The notes under the pieces were generated by a model. The model saw nothing but the letters and a program-made list of their open reading frames with translations. It had not been told where the DNA came from and did not search any database. A stretch of DNA of 64,000 bases, from the IMG/VR virus record IMGVR_UViG_3300037333_000013, positions 64,001 to 128,000 of that record; one strand, given 5' to 3'. The translations under genes were made by a program, and so were the position numbers. This document shows, one piece after another, positions 1-11,171 of the stretch. This DNA is from a virus. Position 1 is the first letter of the stretch. Every line of letters starts with the position of its first letter.

Positions 1-385
1 TGTTTGCTCTCACCACATCTTTACTTGGTTTACCGAGACTGTATCCGTCTGACTCTGCACTTATCTTATCTGCAAACATATCTTTACTCGCTAATATTTG
101 AATAGCGAACTTAGCATCTGCACCATAGACTTCTAACATGACATTAAAAGCTGTTCTAATAATTGATGAGAACATATCTACTTCTGCTGTGACGAGCTTC
201 TGTATATGTTCATGTCCCTTTAAACTTGTTGAGATTTTAATCTGCGGTTCAATAATGAACTGTGATAAGAAACGTGTTGCAGAACCTCTCGCTAACATTA
301 AATCAACTTCAACGTTTTCTTCCCCATTGACGATATCTACTGCTTTAAAAATAGACGCTGCTGCATCTAGGAACGATGTAACCAT
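1..385 (-). CDS. Partial ORF running off the window start; probable virion structural protein
   Basis: ATG at 385 with SD AAAAGGA; open frame MVTSFLDAAASIFKAVDIVNGEENVEVDL... to position 1; divergent from the structural operon. Confidence 0.6.
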   Translation of the reverse strand, partial: MVTSFLDAAASIFKAVDIVNGEENVEVDLMLARGSATRFLSQFIIEPQIKISTSLKGHEHIQKLVTAEVDMFSSIIRTAFNVMLEVYGADAKFAIQILASKDMFADKISAESDGYSLGKPSKDVVRAN

Positions 386-467
386 AATAATCCTTTTCTA
401 TTTAATCACGAAAAACGTTAGATGACCACCAGACACTTCATTGACATATCCATATAAAGGAGATATA

Positions 468-1526
468 ATGGCAAATTATGATTTGTCAGATGACGAAGAT
501 TACATAAAGAGTATCATCGATACATCTACGTTTTCTAAATACGAAGATGTACAACTTCTAAATGCATTAAGAGGACACTCTAACATACCTATTACATCTA
601 TGCCACAGATGGAATCAGATGATATGATGTTTGTCTATTTTACACGACCGAACTTAAATCTTAGTGACTTATCACTTAGTCGCAATAGAAGATACCAACA
701 TCATACATCAAAAGAACCAAATGAGATGAATAATTTGATACGTGCAACATTATCACCGTATGAAGTAAAGATGGGTCTGGTTAGCAATATTGCAAATACC
801 AACTCTCCATTTATCCCAATGCTCTCGAATACACTATTGGAGTTATCTGGAATGCCTGACGAAGTGATTAAATCTTGGGACTCACCAGCCGGTATGGTGG
901 GAGAACAATGGGGACACGCGAACAGTACCATTGAGTTTAAAGGGAGTATAGAGATAAACCTCACATTCCAATCTATTGCTGGTGGACCTGTTGCAAAGCT
1001 ATTTGACGTATGGACTACGTATGAATCTGATGTACGTTACGGTAGGTTAATGCCACACCCATATTGCATTGCTTCTAGAGAAACAGATTATTTCTCAGCT
1101 ATCTATATACTTATTCTTAATGCGAACTTTAAGATTAAACATATTGCAAAGACGAGAGGATACCCCATTGCTAACCCTAAGGGTGAGAAGTTTACTTATC
1201 GTAGAGGTGAAGATGTCTCTGGAAAATATCCAACGTTTCAAACACGTTTTAAATGTTATGGTGTTGACTATGATGACCCCGCACTGCTCCAAGAGTTTAA
1301 TACATCGATGATGGCGTTTAACAGTGATATTAAATCAACCGTTTTGAGTAGTGATAAATCTGTTGTGGAAGTACCTGCTAAGTTTAAAGCACTCTTCCAG
1401 AATGAGTGTTACCCATACATCGACTTAAGATATAATACATTAGAATTCTTACTTCCTACAAGTAAGTTTGAAGTAAAAGATAAACCACTCAATAATGTGG
1501 ATGAGGAGAAGAAAGATGACAATTGA
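468..1526 (+). CDS. phiKZ-like virion structural protein (baseplate/tube-related)
   Basis: Start reassigned to ATG 468 after SD AAAGGAG; motifs YFTRPNLNL, PFIPMLSN and DDPALLQEFN recall conserved phiKZ-like structural proteins. Confidence 0.6.
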   Translation: MANYDLSDDEDYIKSIIDTSTFSKYEDVQLLNALRGHSNIPITSMPQMESDDMMFVYFTRPNLNLSDLSLSRNRRYQHHTSKEPNEMNNLIRATLSPYEVKMGLVSNIANTNSPFIPMLSNTLLELSGMPDEVIKSWDSPAGMVGEQWGHANSTIEFKGSIEINLTFQSIAGGPVAKLFDVWTTYESDVRYGRLMPHPYCIASRETDYFSAIYILILNANFKIKHIAKTRGYPIANPKGEKFTYRRGEDVSGKYPTFQTRFKCYGVDYDDPALLQEFNTSMMAFNSDIKSTVLSSDKSVVEVPAKFKALFQNECYPYIDLRYNTLEFLLPTSKFEVKDKPLNNVDEEKKDDN

Positions 1527-4344
1527 TATATTAGAGCTTGACCCAGTATCTGTTCAATCTGGACTGGTATCTGCGATTGAGTCGAATGACTTTATTATGG
1601 AAGACCCAACAAATCCATTGGCTATGTTACTAGAGGCAGAAGTATCTGGAATCACGGATGTCAGTGACAGTATCATAAATCTAGAGAGGAGATTGTTCCC
1701 AGCGATGTCTAGGACATTCGAAGACTTGTATCCTCACTTAGTCGATGGTGACGATATCGATATGTTTGCATCACCATCATCTACGAGTGTCCGTATGTTG
1801 ATAGAAGTGCAGACACTCTTAAATTTTGGTGTAAAAAGTGACTTTACTTATACCGCTATTATACCAAAAGAGTCAAATGTTGTGGTTGATGACGTTTCAT
1901 TTATGCTTGTGAATGACGTAAAGATAATTTTAAATACGAAGAGAGATATCTACAATGCCTTTGTCGAGTTATTACACGATGGTGACAGTGTAGAATTTGA
2001 CGATGTTGGTGCGTTGCAGACTTCTATTGTTACAGATTCAAACAATGTAGACTGGGTAATGGCAGATATACCCGTGAAACAATTAGATGTCATTATTGCG
2101 TCAGCTAGGATTATCTCTGGATATACGTTCGATAACACACAACCTTATCTAGGACAATTATATCATGTAGAGGTATATGGAAAAGACTTGAATGGTAACA
2201 CTTTTACTATTAAGAAGACATACAGTGAAGACTACTATGACCCAACAGAACCCACTGCATTTATACAACTAACTGATGATGGTTTACGTGTGCGTGTAGA
2301 CAGTATCTATTGTGGCAGTAAACTACGTGGCAATATCACCGTAAAGATATGGACAACAAATGGTAAGCTATCATTAGACTTATCTAACTTCGATACTGAT
2401 AGCTTCTCATTTATGTTGGGTGGTGTAAGTGATACTGTTGAGAAGAGTGTCAGCACAAAGTTAAATTATATTGTCTTTTCAAATAGTGTTGTGAATAGTG
2501 GCGTTGACACACGTGACTTTGAGACAGTTCGTGGTATGGTCATTAACAGAACAAACGGTAAAATGGACGCAATCATCACAGACTACCAAGTAGGTGTCTC
2601 TGGAAAGCAGTATCAGTTTGATATACATAAGTCAACTGACTTAATTACGAATCGTACATATATAGCTTCTAAAGTTTACGACAACAATAGTTTAATCGAC
2701 GCACCCACAACGGTATCAAACTTCCGTGCTAAAGTATGGTATGACGCACTGCGTGTAGATGATAAACTTATTGTTGATGATAACTATACGTTAATAAAAC
2801 CAGGTAAACTGTTTGAAGTAACAAATGGGTTATGTCAGCCTTTACAAAATGAGGTATCGGATAAATTAAAAACGCTTTCTAATGTTGAGAAACGCACGTT
2901 ACTAAACAATACAGAAGTTTTCTTTACACCATTCCTTTATATCACAGAGACAGATATTGGTGTAATAGAGAACCGTGTGTATCACATCGATACACCAAAA
3001 GCTGATTTCTTAACGATAGATGCAAAGAACACATTTATCAATATCTCTGTGAATATTGTAGATATTCATATCTTTCGTAGTGGTGATGGGTATGATGTAC
3101 TCATAGAGTTGGTTGGTAACAGTGACTATGAGAACGATAAATCGAATATTGGCATACAACTCAAGCTCTCTGGAGAGGTTGGTTCTACTTATTACCATTC
3201 TGCGATTGATGATGATAAAACATCACAATACTTCCCAACACAAGCAGGAATGCACTATATCCGTATTGACTCTTCATTATTCATTAATGAGAACGATAGA
3301 ATGGACCTGTCAAATGGGTATACTGATACTGGAATTGCTGACGTAATGATTAACGATACTGCGTCTCTTATCATATACACTACAAATGACAGTATTGATA
3401 CTTCTTCTGACACAGATGCATCAAACTTCTTATCGGATACAGATATTGTAAACAATGATGATGTAACATACGGAATTACAAAAGAACACGTTACGTTAGA
3501 GTTCGCTATTAAACTTGAACATATATGGAATAGGGTAAACCAAATTTACAATGGAAACAAATACAAAGTATATGAAAATGATGTTGAAGCAACATACGAT
3601 AAAGATATTTATGAACTAGTAGATGGAAGACCTTTTACAGTTATCAAGAATGATGATGGTAGTTGTGAGATAGATAGAAATATTATACACACAAAAGGAG
3701 ACACGATACTAGATGATGATGGAAATATTGTTTATGTGCACAGACGAGGCGACATCATCTATGATGAGTTTGGCGACCCTATCATTGACACAAGATTAGG
3801 AATCGTAAAGTATATTGATATCTTAATGCTTGAGTATAAGTATGTTGCATTCAACAACGTCTCTTATATTGCACACATCGATGACATTATAAAGAATATC
3901 CTCACAGATACGACAGAGTACTTACCAGAACTCACGAATAAATTACTAGAACGTACAGACATATTTTATAGACCTATACGAAATACGAACTATGTAATTA
4001 GTGCTAGTGATGTGATTTATGACACTATTATTTCACCAGTTGTGACATTATACATCTCTAAAGATAAAGTGTTTAACTTAAACATCGATGAACTACATAC
4101 GTCTATTGGCTCTCTATTAAACGATGCATTTAGTAACATTGATATTAATATCAGTGTATTGGAAGAGAACATTAAGTCCTCTATCAATACAGATATACTT
4201 GCTATTAACGTAAGTGGATACTCTCCTAAGAATGAGAAGCTCATACACCTCAAGTCTGACTCTAATCGTTTTTCTATCAAAAAGACAATTACGAATGACT
4301 ACTCAATCACATATGATTATAAACTTGAAATAGAGACACTATGA
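1516..4344 (+). CDS. Large virion structural protein (baseplate wedge-like)
   Basis: ~940 aa; N-terminal DPTNPLAMLLE...LYPHL as in phiKZ-like baseplate proteins; SD GAGGAG before ATG 1516. Confidence 0.6.
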   Translation: MTIDILELDPVSVQSGLVSAIESNDFIMEDPTNPLAMLLEAEVSGITDVSDSIINLERRLFPAMSRTFEDLYPHLVDGDDIDMFASPSSTSVRMLIEVQTLLNFGVKSDFTYTAIIPKESNVVVDDVSFMLVNDVKIILNTKRDIYNAFVELLHDGDSVEFDDVGALQTSIVTDSNNVDWVMADIPVKQLDVIIASARIISGYTFDNTQPYLGQLYHVEVYGKDLNGNTFTIKKTYSEDYYDPTEPTAFIQLTDDGLRVRVDSIYCGSKLRGNITVKIWTTNGKLSLDLSNFDTDSFSFMLGGVSDTVEKSVSTKLNYIVFSNSVVNSGVDTRDFETVRGMVINRTNGKMDAIITDYQVGVSGKQYQFDIHKSTDLITNRTYIASKVYDNNSLIDAPTTVSNFRAKVWYDALRVDDKLIVDDNYTLIKPGKLFEVTNGLCQPLQNEVSDKLKTLSNVEKRTLLNNTEVFFTPFLYITETDIGVIENRVYHIDTPKADFLTIDAKNTFINISVNIVDIHIFRSGDGYDVLIELVGNSDYENDKSNIGIQLKLSGEVGSTYYHSAIDDDKTSQYFPTQAGMHYIRIDSSLFINENDRMDLSNGYTDTGIADVMINDTASLIIYTTNDSIDTSSDTDASNFLSDTDIVNNDDVTYGITKEHVTLEFAIKLEHIWNRVNQIYNGNKYKVYENDVEATYDKDIYELVDGRPFTVIKNDDGSCEIDRNIIHTKGDTILDDDGNIVYVHRRGDIIYDEFGDPIIDTRLGIVKYIDILMLEYKYVAFNNVSYIAHIDDIIKNILTDTTEYLPELTNKLLERTDIFYRPIRNTNYVISASDVIYDTIISPVVTLYISKDKVFNLNIDELHTSIGSLLNDAFSNIDINISVLEENIKSSINTDILAINVSGYSPKNEKLIHLKSDSNRFSIKKTITNDYSITYDYKLEIETL

Positions 4345-4366
4345 TACGGCAAATGCCGTATCATAG
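4339..4366. terminator. Hairpin between convergent genes
   Basis: ctatgatacggc-aaat-gccgtatcatag perfect inverted repeat. Confidence 0.75.
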
Positions 4367-4367
4367 C

Positions 4368-5702
4368 TTACTCTTCTGAATTTGTTATCTTCTCAATCTT
4401 TTCTGTTAGTATCTTAATATTGTCATTTAGCTTCTCTAACTCTTTTACAGCAGACGTCACATCTTTCTCACTCTTTAAGTGTGCATTCCCTACACTAATA
4501 AACTTTGTTACAGGTATAGATGCGTTCTTAATTAAGTTGGTTAAGTAGATGCGTTTTGCATCATCTTCGTTCTTTACTTTGTCTGCATTAATTGTATCTT
4601 TCATTCTCCCATAGAGGGTCTTATAAAACTTCTTGTCATTTTGACGTTTCTCAATGGCTTTCTGATATGATTCGAATGACTTCTTGTTTGCAACCACCGC
4701 ATCTAGGAACCTCACTCTATCCGCACTAATCCTATCGAACTCTGCACTATGCTTTTTCAAATCATCTTTACCTACGTCTTCGAATGATATCTCTGGTATC
4801 TGTACATTCTTCATAATTGTTGCACCAACCATACGTTTGTTCAAGTAGAGTCCACGTTGTACACAAACAAGTAGTTGTATAGAAGTGTTATTTACAGATG
4901 TTAGTATTGTTGAATATTCACTCTCATGTATGATTGCTTTATGGTTAAAATCTTTCGTGATTATCTTTTCATAATCGAAAATACCATCATCGTCTAAGAA
5001 TAACATATCGCAAAGCCTTATGTAGAATTGCAAGTGAGTTGTGAGTTCTTTATAGACACTCTTGATACCTAGTATCTTTTCTACCTCTTTTGTATGTGAA
5101 ACTAACTGCACTGTCTTTGAGCTTGTTGACTTCATTAGTTGTTTATGTTGCTCTTTGAGTTGGTCAAGCTCTTCTTTTAACTCTTCTAACTTTGTCTTCT
5201 GTTCCTCATGTGTCTCTTCATTAGTCTCTGTACGTATGATTTCTTCAGCATCATTAATAGCTTCTTCTGCTTTATCAGTTGCATCTTCTACATCTTCGGA
5301 CTCTTGTACAATATCGTCAGCTGATTTGGTGGAGCCACCACCACCACCACCACCAGAGCCACCTCCGAATAGACCCATAATAAAGTCAATGATAGCTTTA
5401 AAGAAACCTGCAATAGCACCAAAGATAGCACCAAAGAATCCCTCTGCATCAAGGTTGTTCAGTTCCCTCAAGTCATCTATCTTTACAGAGTACTCTTCCA
5501 TTACAAGGTTTAAGTGTTCTCTCGCAACGAGTACTTCCTTTGATGTACCGTTATCAAGCATATCCAGAGATGTTTGAAATCCTGTATCTACTAACATCAT
5601 TAGAGATGTCATTGCATCTTGCTCTTCGCAGAGTCTATCCAACTCCTCTAGGAACTTTCTATTAGACTCTCTCTGTTTAAAATACGAAGCGTTGTAAGTC
5701 AT
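4368..5702 (-). CDS. Internal head (ejection-type) protein with propeptide
   Basis: Acidic N-terminus, LDAE/G, amphipathic GFFGAIFGAIAGFFKAIIDFIMGLF, Gly-rich linker and coiled coil, as in phiKZ head paralog families. Confidence 0.6.
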   Translation of the reverse strand: MTYNASYFKQRESNRKFLEELDRLCEEQDAMTSLMMLVDTGFQTSLDMLDNGTSKEVLVAREHLNLVMEEYSVKIDDLRELNNLDAEGFFGAIFGAIAGFFKAIIDFIMGLFGGGSGGGGGGGSTKSADDIVQESEDVEDATDKAEEAINDAEEIIRTETNEETHEEQKTKLEELKEELDQLKEQHKQLMKSTSSKTVQLVSHTKEVEKILGIKSVYKELTTHLQFYIRLCDMLFLDDDGIFDYEKIITKDFNHKAIIHESEYSTILTSVNNTSIQLLVCVQRGLYLNKRMVGATIMKNVQIPEISFEDVGKDDLKKHSAEFDRISADRVRFLDAVVANKKSFESYQKAIEKRQNDKKFYKTLYGRMKDTINADKVKNEDDAKRIYLTNLIKNASIPVTKFISVGNAHLKSEKDVTSAVKELEKLNDNIKILTEKIEKITNSEE

Positions 5703-6351
5703 TGTATTTATCCTTTCTTGGTTTTTTAGCCATCAGTAATGACGTGATGAATTGTATCATATTTACCTCACACGGTGAAAGCTCTTTACACCCCTCACCT
5801 TTAAGTAATCCATCAATCGTGTACCCTAACTGTGCTAATCCCCCCTCACCACGTATCTCCTTTAGAACGAATACCCAATCTTCAAGTGTCCAAGAGGCAT
5901 ACTTATCTTCATAAGATGCGACGGCTTTATTCAAGTCTGTCTCTACTTCATTCCCAAACACATCTATCAACAACGCTTTCTGTGCAAGCACATCTAATGC
6001 TCTAGACCTCATCATAAGGCGAGTCTTATCATCTTTAATAAAAGACATAGACTCCAAAATCTCATAGTTCTCTAATGACAGTTTTGTTTCGAGTGACCTT
6101 TTAAACTTCTCTTTAATCCGTTCGTACTTATCCACTTCTTCCTTCATCTCCATAGGAGTGAGTTCTTTTGTCCCAAGATACTCTTCAATCACCTCCTCGG
6201 TTTCTACAAAGTTTACCCTCGATTTGTTTCTCGTGTATGAACCTTTTGGTATCATTTCGAATAAGAACCCATTTGTCTGTTCATTCAGTCTCATTGCATC
6301 TGAACGAGAGATAAGACCGTTATCTCTACATGCTCTAAACATACTTCCCAC
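5677..6351 (-). CDS. Hypothetical protein, probably virion-associated
   Basis: 224-aa ORF coupled to neighbours; GLISRSDA...SYTRNKSRVNF. Confidence 0.5.
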   Translation of the reverse strand: MGSMFRACRDNGLISRSDAMRLNEQTNGFLFEMIPKGSYTRNKSRVNFVETEEVIEEYLGTKELTPMEMKEEVDKYERIKEKFKRSLETKLSLENYEILESMSFIKDDKTRLMMRSRALDVLAQKALLIDVFGNEVETDLNKAVASYEDKYASWTLEDWVFVLKEIRGEGGLAQLGYTIDGLLKGEGCKELSPCEVNMIQFITSLLMAKKPRKDKYNDLQRFVF

Positions 6352-6745
6352 CTGATACGATTGTTACAACGTCTTCCATAATAGACGGTAAGTATAGTGA
6401 TAATCTTTCTGCTTCTACAATCTCCTTGTGTCTCGCAACTCTTTCATACGACACCCCTCTCATACGCCATTCATTAAGCTTCTCAAAAATCATAATCGTC
6501 AATAAGTTGTATACTTCCGACTTATTCACATCATACCCTACTCTTTTGACGGAATCGTCTACTACATTGTTAATCGCCTGAATATCTGTTTCAGAAACAT
6601 CTCTACCATCAACATATCTACCTGCTATTAACTGCCTAATTGTCGTTGTATTGAACAGAACCAAAGACCACGCATAGTATAACACTTTTGCATTATCATT
6701 TCCCATTGACTCTAACTCGAATAATCTTAATACTTCTTTTCTCAT
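6335..6745 (-). CDS. Hypothetical protein
   Basis: 136-aa ORF in the same operon. Confidence 0.55.
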   Translation of the reverse strand: MRKEVLRLFELESMGNDNAKVLYYAWSLVLFNTTTIRQLIAGRYVDGRDVSETDIQAINNVVDDSVKRVGYDVNKSEVYNLLTIMIFEKLNEWRMRGVSYERVARHKEIVEAERLSLYLPSIMEDVVTIVSGGKYV

Positions 6746-6751
6746 TTCTGT

Positions 6752-8254
6752 TTACCTTTGTAGTAGTTTTTTAAATTCTCTGCCTCTGACATGGAAGTCA
6801 TTTTCCATAATCTCCTCAATGTTCATAAAGAACTTTGCTGTACCGACATCCTTAGACTCCAATAATACTAAGTGACTTACCAACCTGAAGAATCCCCTAT
6901 CATTTGATATCTTTGTCATTAAGAGTTCTATTTTCTTAATCTGTTTCAAGTAGTCGTCTACTGTATCTTCTGATAAGTCATAGGTTCTCATCTGACGAAT
7001 GATATCTAGTTTCACACGTTTGAAACGCTGTTTTAAATCATCGTAGATTGATTTGCTAGAATATGACCCAATATAATCGTGTTGTTCAATTAGCCCTAAT
7101 TTATCAGCAATCTTATCGCTTCCTAGAAATGAAATGGTTGAACCATTTGTTATCATCTTGTACACTACTTTTAATAGTATTACGAGTATGATGACCGGTG
7201 AGAGTGCTGCGATAGATATCAATATCGAAGCCACCAATACCAATGTCAACAATAAGAATAGATATAGCTTCATCATCGCAATGACAAAGTTAAAGAACTG
7301 TTTGAAGTCACCTATTACAGTACTCTCTTTATTCTCTGTATCGATGTTATAAAACATTGCGAGTGCTGTCACAAGCTCTTTCCCATAACCAAATCGTGTG
7401 GAAAATTGGTCTGCTGTTGATTCATTGTTCTTGATGAGGTACTTATTATCATTATACATAACTGTATCATCTGTGAACAATTGATAGAACAAATCATTTG
7501 CATTCTTAAACTTTCTATTATAGAAGTTCTCTGCTAAGTCGACAACCTCTTTCTCATTTGGTTTATTGTTTACCAGTGCATCTGCTGTTGTCATTACTGT
7601 CGTAGCCATTTGATGCATCGTGGAAATCATATTAAAGGAGTGACCAACCTCGTGTAATATAATTGCCATAATCTGTCTTGCTGTCATCTTATGCTTGAAG
7701 TATGTTCTGAACGGTATTCCTATAAACGACACCACGTCTTTACTCAACCCATGTATCTTCATATTCTTATAGTCTACTCTAAAGTTACCTGTAAAAAGTG
7801 CTTTCTCTAACTCAACCATTCCCTTATGCACAGAACTATAAATCGCTTCTGTCTGATTACTCCTAGTGACTTTATCTATCTTGTTTTCTGCTTTGATATT
7901 GTATTCATCAAACGCTAGCTTTAAAAATTCATACGTCTTAGCCCCGGTTACATTTACGATATTAGATTGTGGTGCTGGTGTTACAATACAGTGTGCACCA
8001 TAGTTTGTACCGTAGAACTTATAAGTAATACCAACTCTTTCGGTCAGAATATTTCCTGCTTTGGTTAACAACTCCTTTGTTACTCTATCTTCCATCACTT
8101 TCATATTTTGTGGAAGCTTACCACGGATATAAAGCTGTTCCATCTCATCCATTATTTTCTGGATTGCTTCTATATCTTTATCATTCTCAAAAGCTTTTAT
8201 AGCTTCTGTGTCCAAGTGTGCCGTCTGTCCTGCACGTATCATACTCTCTATCAT
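6752..8254 (-). CDS. Virion-associated zinc metallopeptidase-like membrane protein
   Basis: HExxH motif (ILHEVGH), downstream E..AD.F..RFGYG and a hydrophobic segment; start reassigned to ATG 8254 after SD AAAGGA. Confidence 0.7.
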   Translation of the reverse strand: MIESMIRAGQTAHLDTEAIKAFENDKDIEAIQKIMDEMEQLYIRGKLPQNMKVMEDRVTKELLTKAGNILTERVGITYKFYGTNYGAHCIVTPAPQSNIVNVTGAKTYEFLKLAFDEYNIKAENKIDKVTRSNQTEAIYSSVHKGMVELEKALFTGNFRVDYKNMKIHGLSKDVVSFIGIPFRTYFKHKMTARQIMAIILHEVGHSFNMISTMHQMATTVMTTADALVNNKPNEKEVVDLAENFYNRKFKNANDLFYQLFTDDTVMYNDNKYLIKNNESTADQFSTRFGYGKELVTALAMFYNIDTENKESTVIGDFKQFFNFVIAMMKLYLFLLLTLVLVASILISIAALSPVIILVILLKVVYKMITNGSTISFLGSDKIADKLGLIEQHDYIGSYSSKSIYDDLKQRFKRVKLDIIRQMRTYDLSEDTVDDYLKQIKKIELLMTKISNDRGFFRLVSHLVLLESKDVGTAKFFMNIEEIMENDFHVRGREFKKLLQR

Positions 8255-8322
8255 TATATGTCCTTTCAATAAGTCATAAAAATCAGGTGTTGCTATTTTC
8301 ATTAGTGTATAAAAGGATAAGT

Positions 8323-10089
8323 ATGAGTAATAGAGAATTTAAATTTGCATTTCATATACCAGAGATTATCGGAGAAAACGGTGGTGTGGTTCGTGAAGAT
8401 GCACATGTCGTAAAGTATATAGAACACGGCGAGAACATGGAAAGAAACCCAAAACTCGTTCTAGTAAAGAATTATAAAAGACCGTTCTGGATAACAAAGC
8501 CGTTTTACAGAAATCATAAACAGAGAAAAGAAGCAGAAGATAAGGATAAGTTAGATGTTTACTATACAACAGAGTCACGCATTGGTAACTCTATATGTAA
8601 GGCTTTAAAGAAACCTAAGTTTGGAAAGGTATCACGTTACGATGTGAGAAAGATGCCAGAAAGTGTTTATGTATATGGAAGTGATATTACGTCTGTTGCT
8701 ATGATACATCACGAGTTTAAAGAGAAGTGTGATATCGTTACGCCATACAGAGTTGGTATTTTAGATATTGAAAACAGTGTTGATGGTGAGGATAGAATTA
8801 ATCTCATCTCATATGTACACCACAAAGGTGATAGATTACAAGTCTACTTATATGGTAATAAGAAAGAGCTTCCTGTCGTATATAACTATGAACGAAAAGT
8901 TGAAGAGATACTAAAGAGTGGACTACCTGATGAGCTTCCAGACGGAATAGATTTTGATAAGATTGACTTACACATCGAAGTATGGGACGATGAAATCACA
9001 TTGATTAAACGTATGATGGACATTGTTCATCGTTCTGATATTGATATCTTAAGTGGGTGGAACTTCTTACACGATGTGAGTATCATCGCTAAACGTTCAG
9101 AACACTTTGGTGTTAGAGCAGAAGATATTTTCTCAGATGAGTCCATACCAACAGAATACAGACACTTTAAGATTAATGTGGGTAGTGATAAATTTGTCTC
9201 TCAAGATGGAAGTACGACGAGTGTCCTGTATGAAGAGAGGTGGCATACATTTGAAGCGACAGCGTCATTTATTATGGTAGATGCTATGGCTCTCTACTTT
9301 TTTATTCGTTCTCAAGATGAGAAGATATATGGCGGTCCAGGATTAGACAATGTGTTGAAGAAATCTATTGGTATAGGGAAGTTAAAGGTAGACTCTATTG
9401 AGAACGTCGCATCTTCTGTTTGGCACGAAAGGATGAGAAAAGAAAAACCGGTAGAGTATGGTGCTTATGCGATATGGGACTCTGTCGGGTTAATGGCTAA
9501 GAATATGAAAGACCACGACTTGGACTTTACTTTACCCCTATTGAGTGGCATCTCTCCATTCTCAAGCTTTAATAGTAACCCATCTAAAATATTCGACGAC
9601 TTCTTCTTATTCTACTTAAGGGATAATAAGATTATTGCATCGTTTGGAAATGCTGGTGAGTTTGAGTCTCTTGGTAGGAGACATTGGACTGTCACGTTGA
9701 ACTTATGGAAAGTAGACAGTGCGTTTAGTACACCGATACTAAGTGACTCTTTAAATAGAGATGCTTCGTATAGTGGAGATGACGAGATAGCATTCTTGAG
9801 AAGTATTGGATATCAGTTTGAGGATAGAATTTTTGATACGAGATACTTTGTATTAAACTTTGACTTAGATGTAACATCAGCATATCCTACTGCTATTCTT
9901 GTTCTGAATATCTCTACAGACACTGTTGTAAGAGAGGTTATTGAAGTTTATGGTATAGAGAAAGAGACAATGAAGATATTAAACTTAGAGTTGATGAGTG
10001 GGGTGATTGGACATATCCATTATGGATGTGAAATGCACGATTTGCCAGACACATTCGAGTTAGAAGAACTAATAAAAGGACAATTATGA
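8323..10089 (+). CDS. Split family B DNA polymerase, N-terminal part (3'-5' exonuclease plus motif A)
   Basis: Exo I LDIEN, Exo II GWNFLHD, Exo III YAIWD and Pol motif A DLDVTSAYP; SD AAAAGGA before ATG 8323. Confidence 0.8.
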   Translation: MSNREFKFAFHIPEIIGENGGVVREDAHVVKYIEHGENMERNPKLVLVKNYKRPFWITKPFYRNHKQRKEAEDKDKLDVYYTTESRIGNSICKALKKPKFGKVSRYDVRKMPESVYVYGSDITSVAMIHHEFKEKCDIVTPYRVGILDIENSVDGEDRINLISYVHHKGDRLQVYLYGNKKELPVVYNYERKVEEILKSGLPDELPDGIDFDKIDLHIEVWDDEITLIKRMMDIVHRSDIDILSGWNFLHDVSIIAKRSEHFGVRAEDIFSDESIPTEYRHFKINVGSDKFVSQDGSTTSVLYEERWHTFEATASFIMVDAMALYFFIRSQDEKIYGGPGLDNVLKKSIGIGKLKVDSIENVASSVWHERMRKEKPVEYGAYAIWDSVGLMAKNMKDHDLDFTLPLLSGISPFSSFNSNPSKIFDDFFLFYLRDNKIIASFGNAGEFESLGRRHWTVTLNLWKVDSAFSTPILSDSLNRDASYSGDDEIAFLRSIGYQFEDRIFDTRYFVLNFDLDVTSAYPTAILVLNISTDTVVREVIEVYGIEKETMKILNLELMSGVIGHIHYGCEMHDLPDTFELEELIKGQL

Positions 10090-10790
10090 CACCGTATGGA
10101 TTGATAGTATATGCAAGAAATAACAGCAGTTTAAACCCTATCGAAATATTAAAGAACACAAATATTTCACTTGTGACTGAAACAGATGATGATGAGACAG
10201 TTATGTCACTTGTAAACGATATCAATAACATAACACACAACGATACATATAATTTGTTAGAGTGGATTGAAACATTTAAAAGAAAGAAGAGGATTAAATT
10301 TTATCGCATTATTATAGAAGATTTCATATTCAGAGACTATAAGTCAACACTCATACTCAGTGCTATCATTAACTCTGATATACATAAGAGTCAAAAGCAT
10401 TATGTGCTACATAAGTTCACATCCTCAGAACATATTGATAGCCACGATAAATTGACCATTCTTCGCCGTGTCTTAGACGATGATAATGAAATCATAGATT
10501 TATATTTAGATGTGTATCCTGAAAATAATCGCTCGTTATTAGACTACATATCAAAAGAAGATAACTTTAAGAGGTGTATACTTATGAAGTTAGTGAAAGA
10601 GAATAATATAGAGACATATGATAACTTGTGTAAAGTCGATTATTTCAAAGATGTTGGATGCGATGGCATTAAGAATAAGAGATTCACTAGCCATTGTACT
10701 CTACTTGAAAAGATATCACGATTTACGTATGATGCTATAAACAGCGACAATAACGTTATGATACGCTATCTATTTAAAAAGAAAAAATAA
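10086..10790 (+). CDS. Hypothetical protein
   Basis: 234-aa ORF with ATGA overlap to the upstream stop. Confidence 0.55.
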   Translation: MTPYGLIVYARNNSSLNPIEILKNTNISLVTETDDDETVMSLVNDINNITHNDTYNLLEWIETFKRKKRIKFYRIIIEDFIFRDYKSTLILSAIINSDIHKSQKHYVLHKFTSSEHIDSHDKLTILRRVLDDDNEIIDLYLDVYPENNRSLLDYISKEDNFKRCILMKLVKENNIETYDNLCKVDYFKDVGCDGIKNKRFTSHCTLLEKISRFTYDAINSDNNVMIRYLFKKKK

Positions 10791-10792
10791 AG

Positions 10793-10826
10793 TAGTCAAT
10801 AGTGAGCTGTGGCTCACTATTGACTA
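10793..10826. terminator. Intrinsic terminator hairpin
   Basis: tagtcaatagtgagc-tgtg-gctcactattgacta; A-tract on the left gives a U-tract on the minus strand. Confidence 0.75.
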
Positions 10827-11114
10827 ATTATTCAACCAATCCCAATCCTCCTTATCTATGTCTCTAAATCTTCCCTTTGCTTCCTCCAGTTCCATAATTT
10901 TCTCTTCGTATAGGATACGAAGTTTTGTCTCTAATATCCCCCTATTTATTCTCTCGCATCTCTCGATGCTTTGAAATAATTTGTTTATTTCTTCTTCTGT
11001 TGTTTCTATACAACTCCAGTTACCACAGTTTGTGTTTATTTCTTTTAATGATTTTTCAATTTCATTATATCTAACTTCTAATATCTCCACTACGTCTGTT
11101 ACTAACTTTTTCAT
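10824..11114 (-). CDS. Small early hypothetical protein
   Basis: 96 aa, SD AAAGGAG, downstream of the early promoter motif. Confidence 0.7.
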   Translation of the reverse strand: MKKLVTDVVEILEVRYNEIEKSLKEINTNCGNWSCIETTEEEINKLFQSIERCERINRGILETKLRILYEEKIMELEEAKGRFRDIDKEDWDWLNN

Positions 11115-11171
11115 AATTTCTCCTTTATTATTAAGTGGGTTATGAAGCCCATAATGTTAGCTTCTACGAAG

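Noticed and set aside
138-425. 95-aa plus-strand ORF
   Set aside because: Overlaps the better-supported minus-strand gene starting at 385, which has an SD
5062-5577. 171-aa Ser/Pro-rich ORF and (CCA)n run
   Set aside because: Antisense to the head protein; the run encodes its poly-Gly linker
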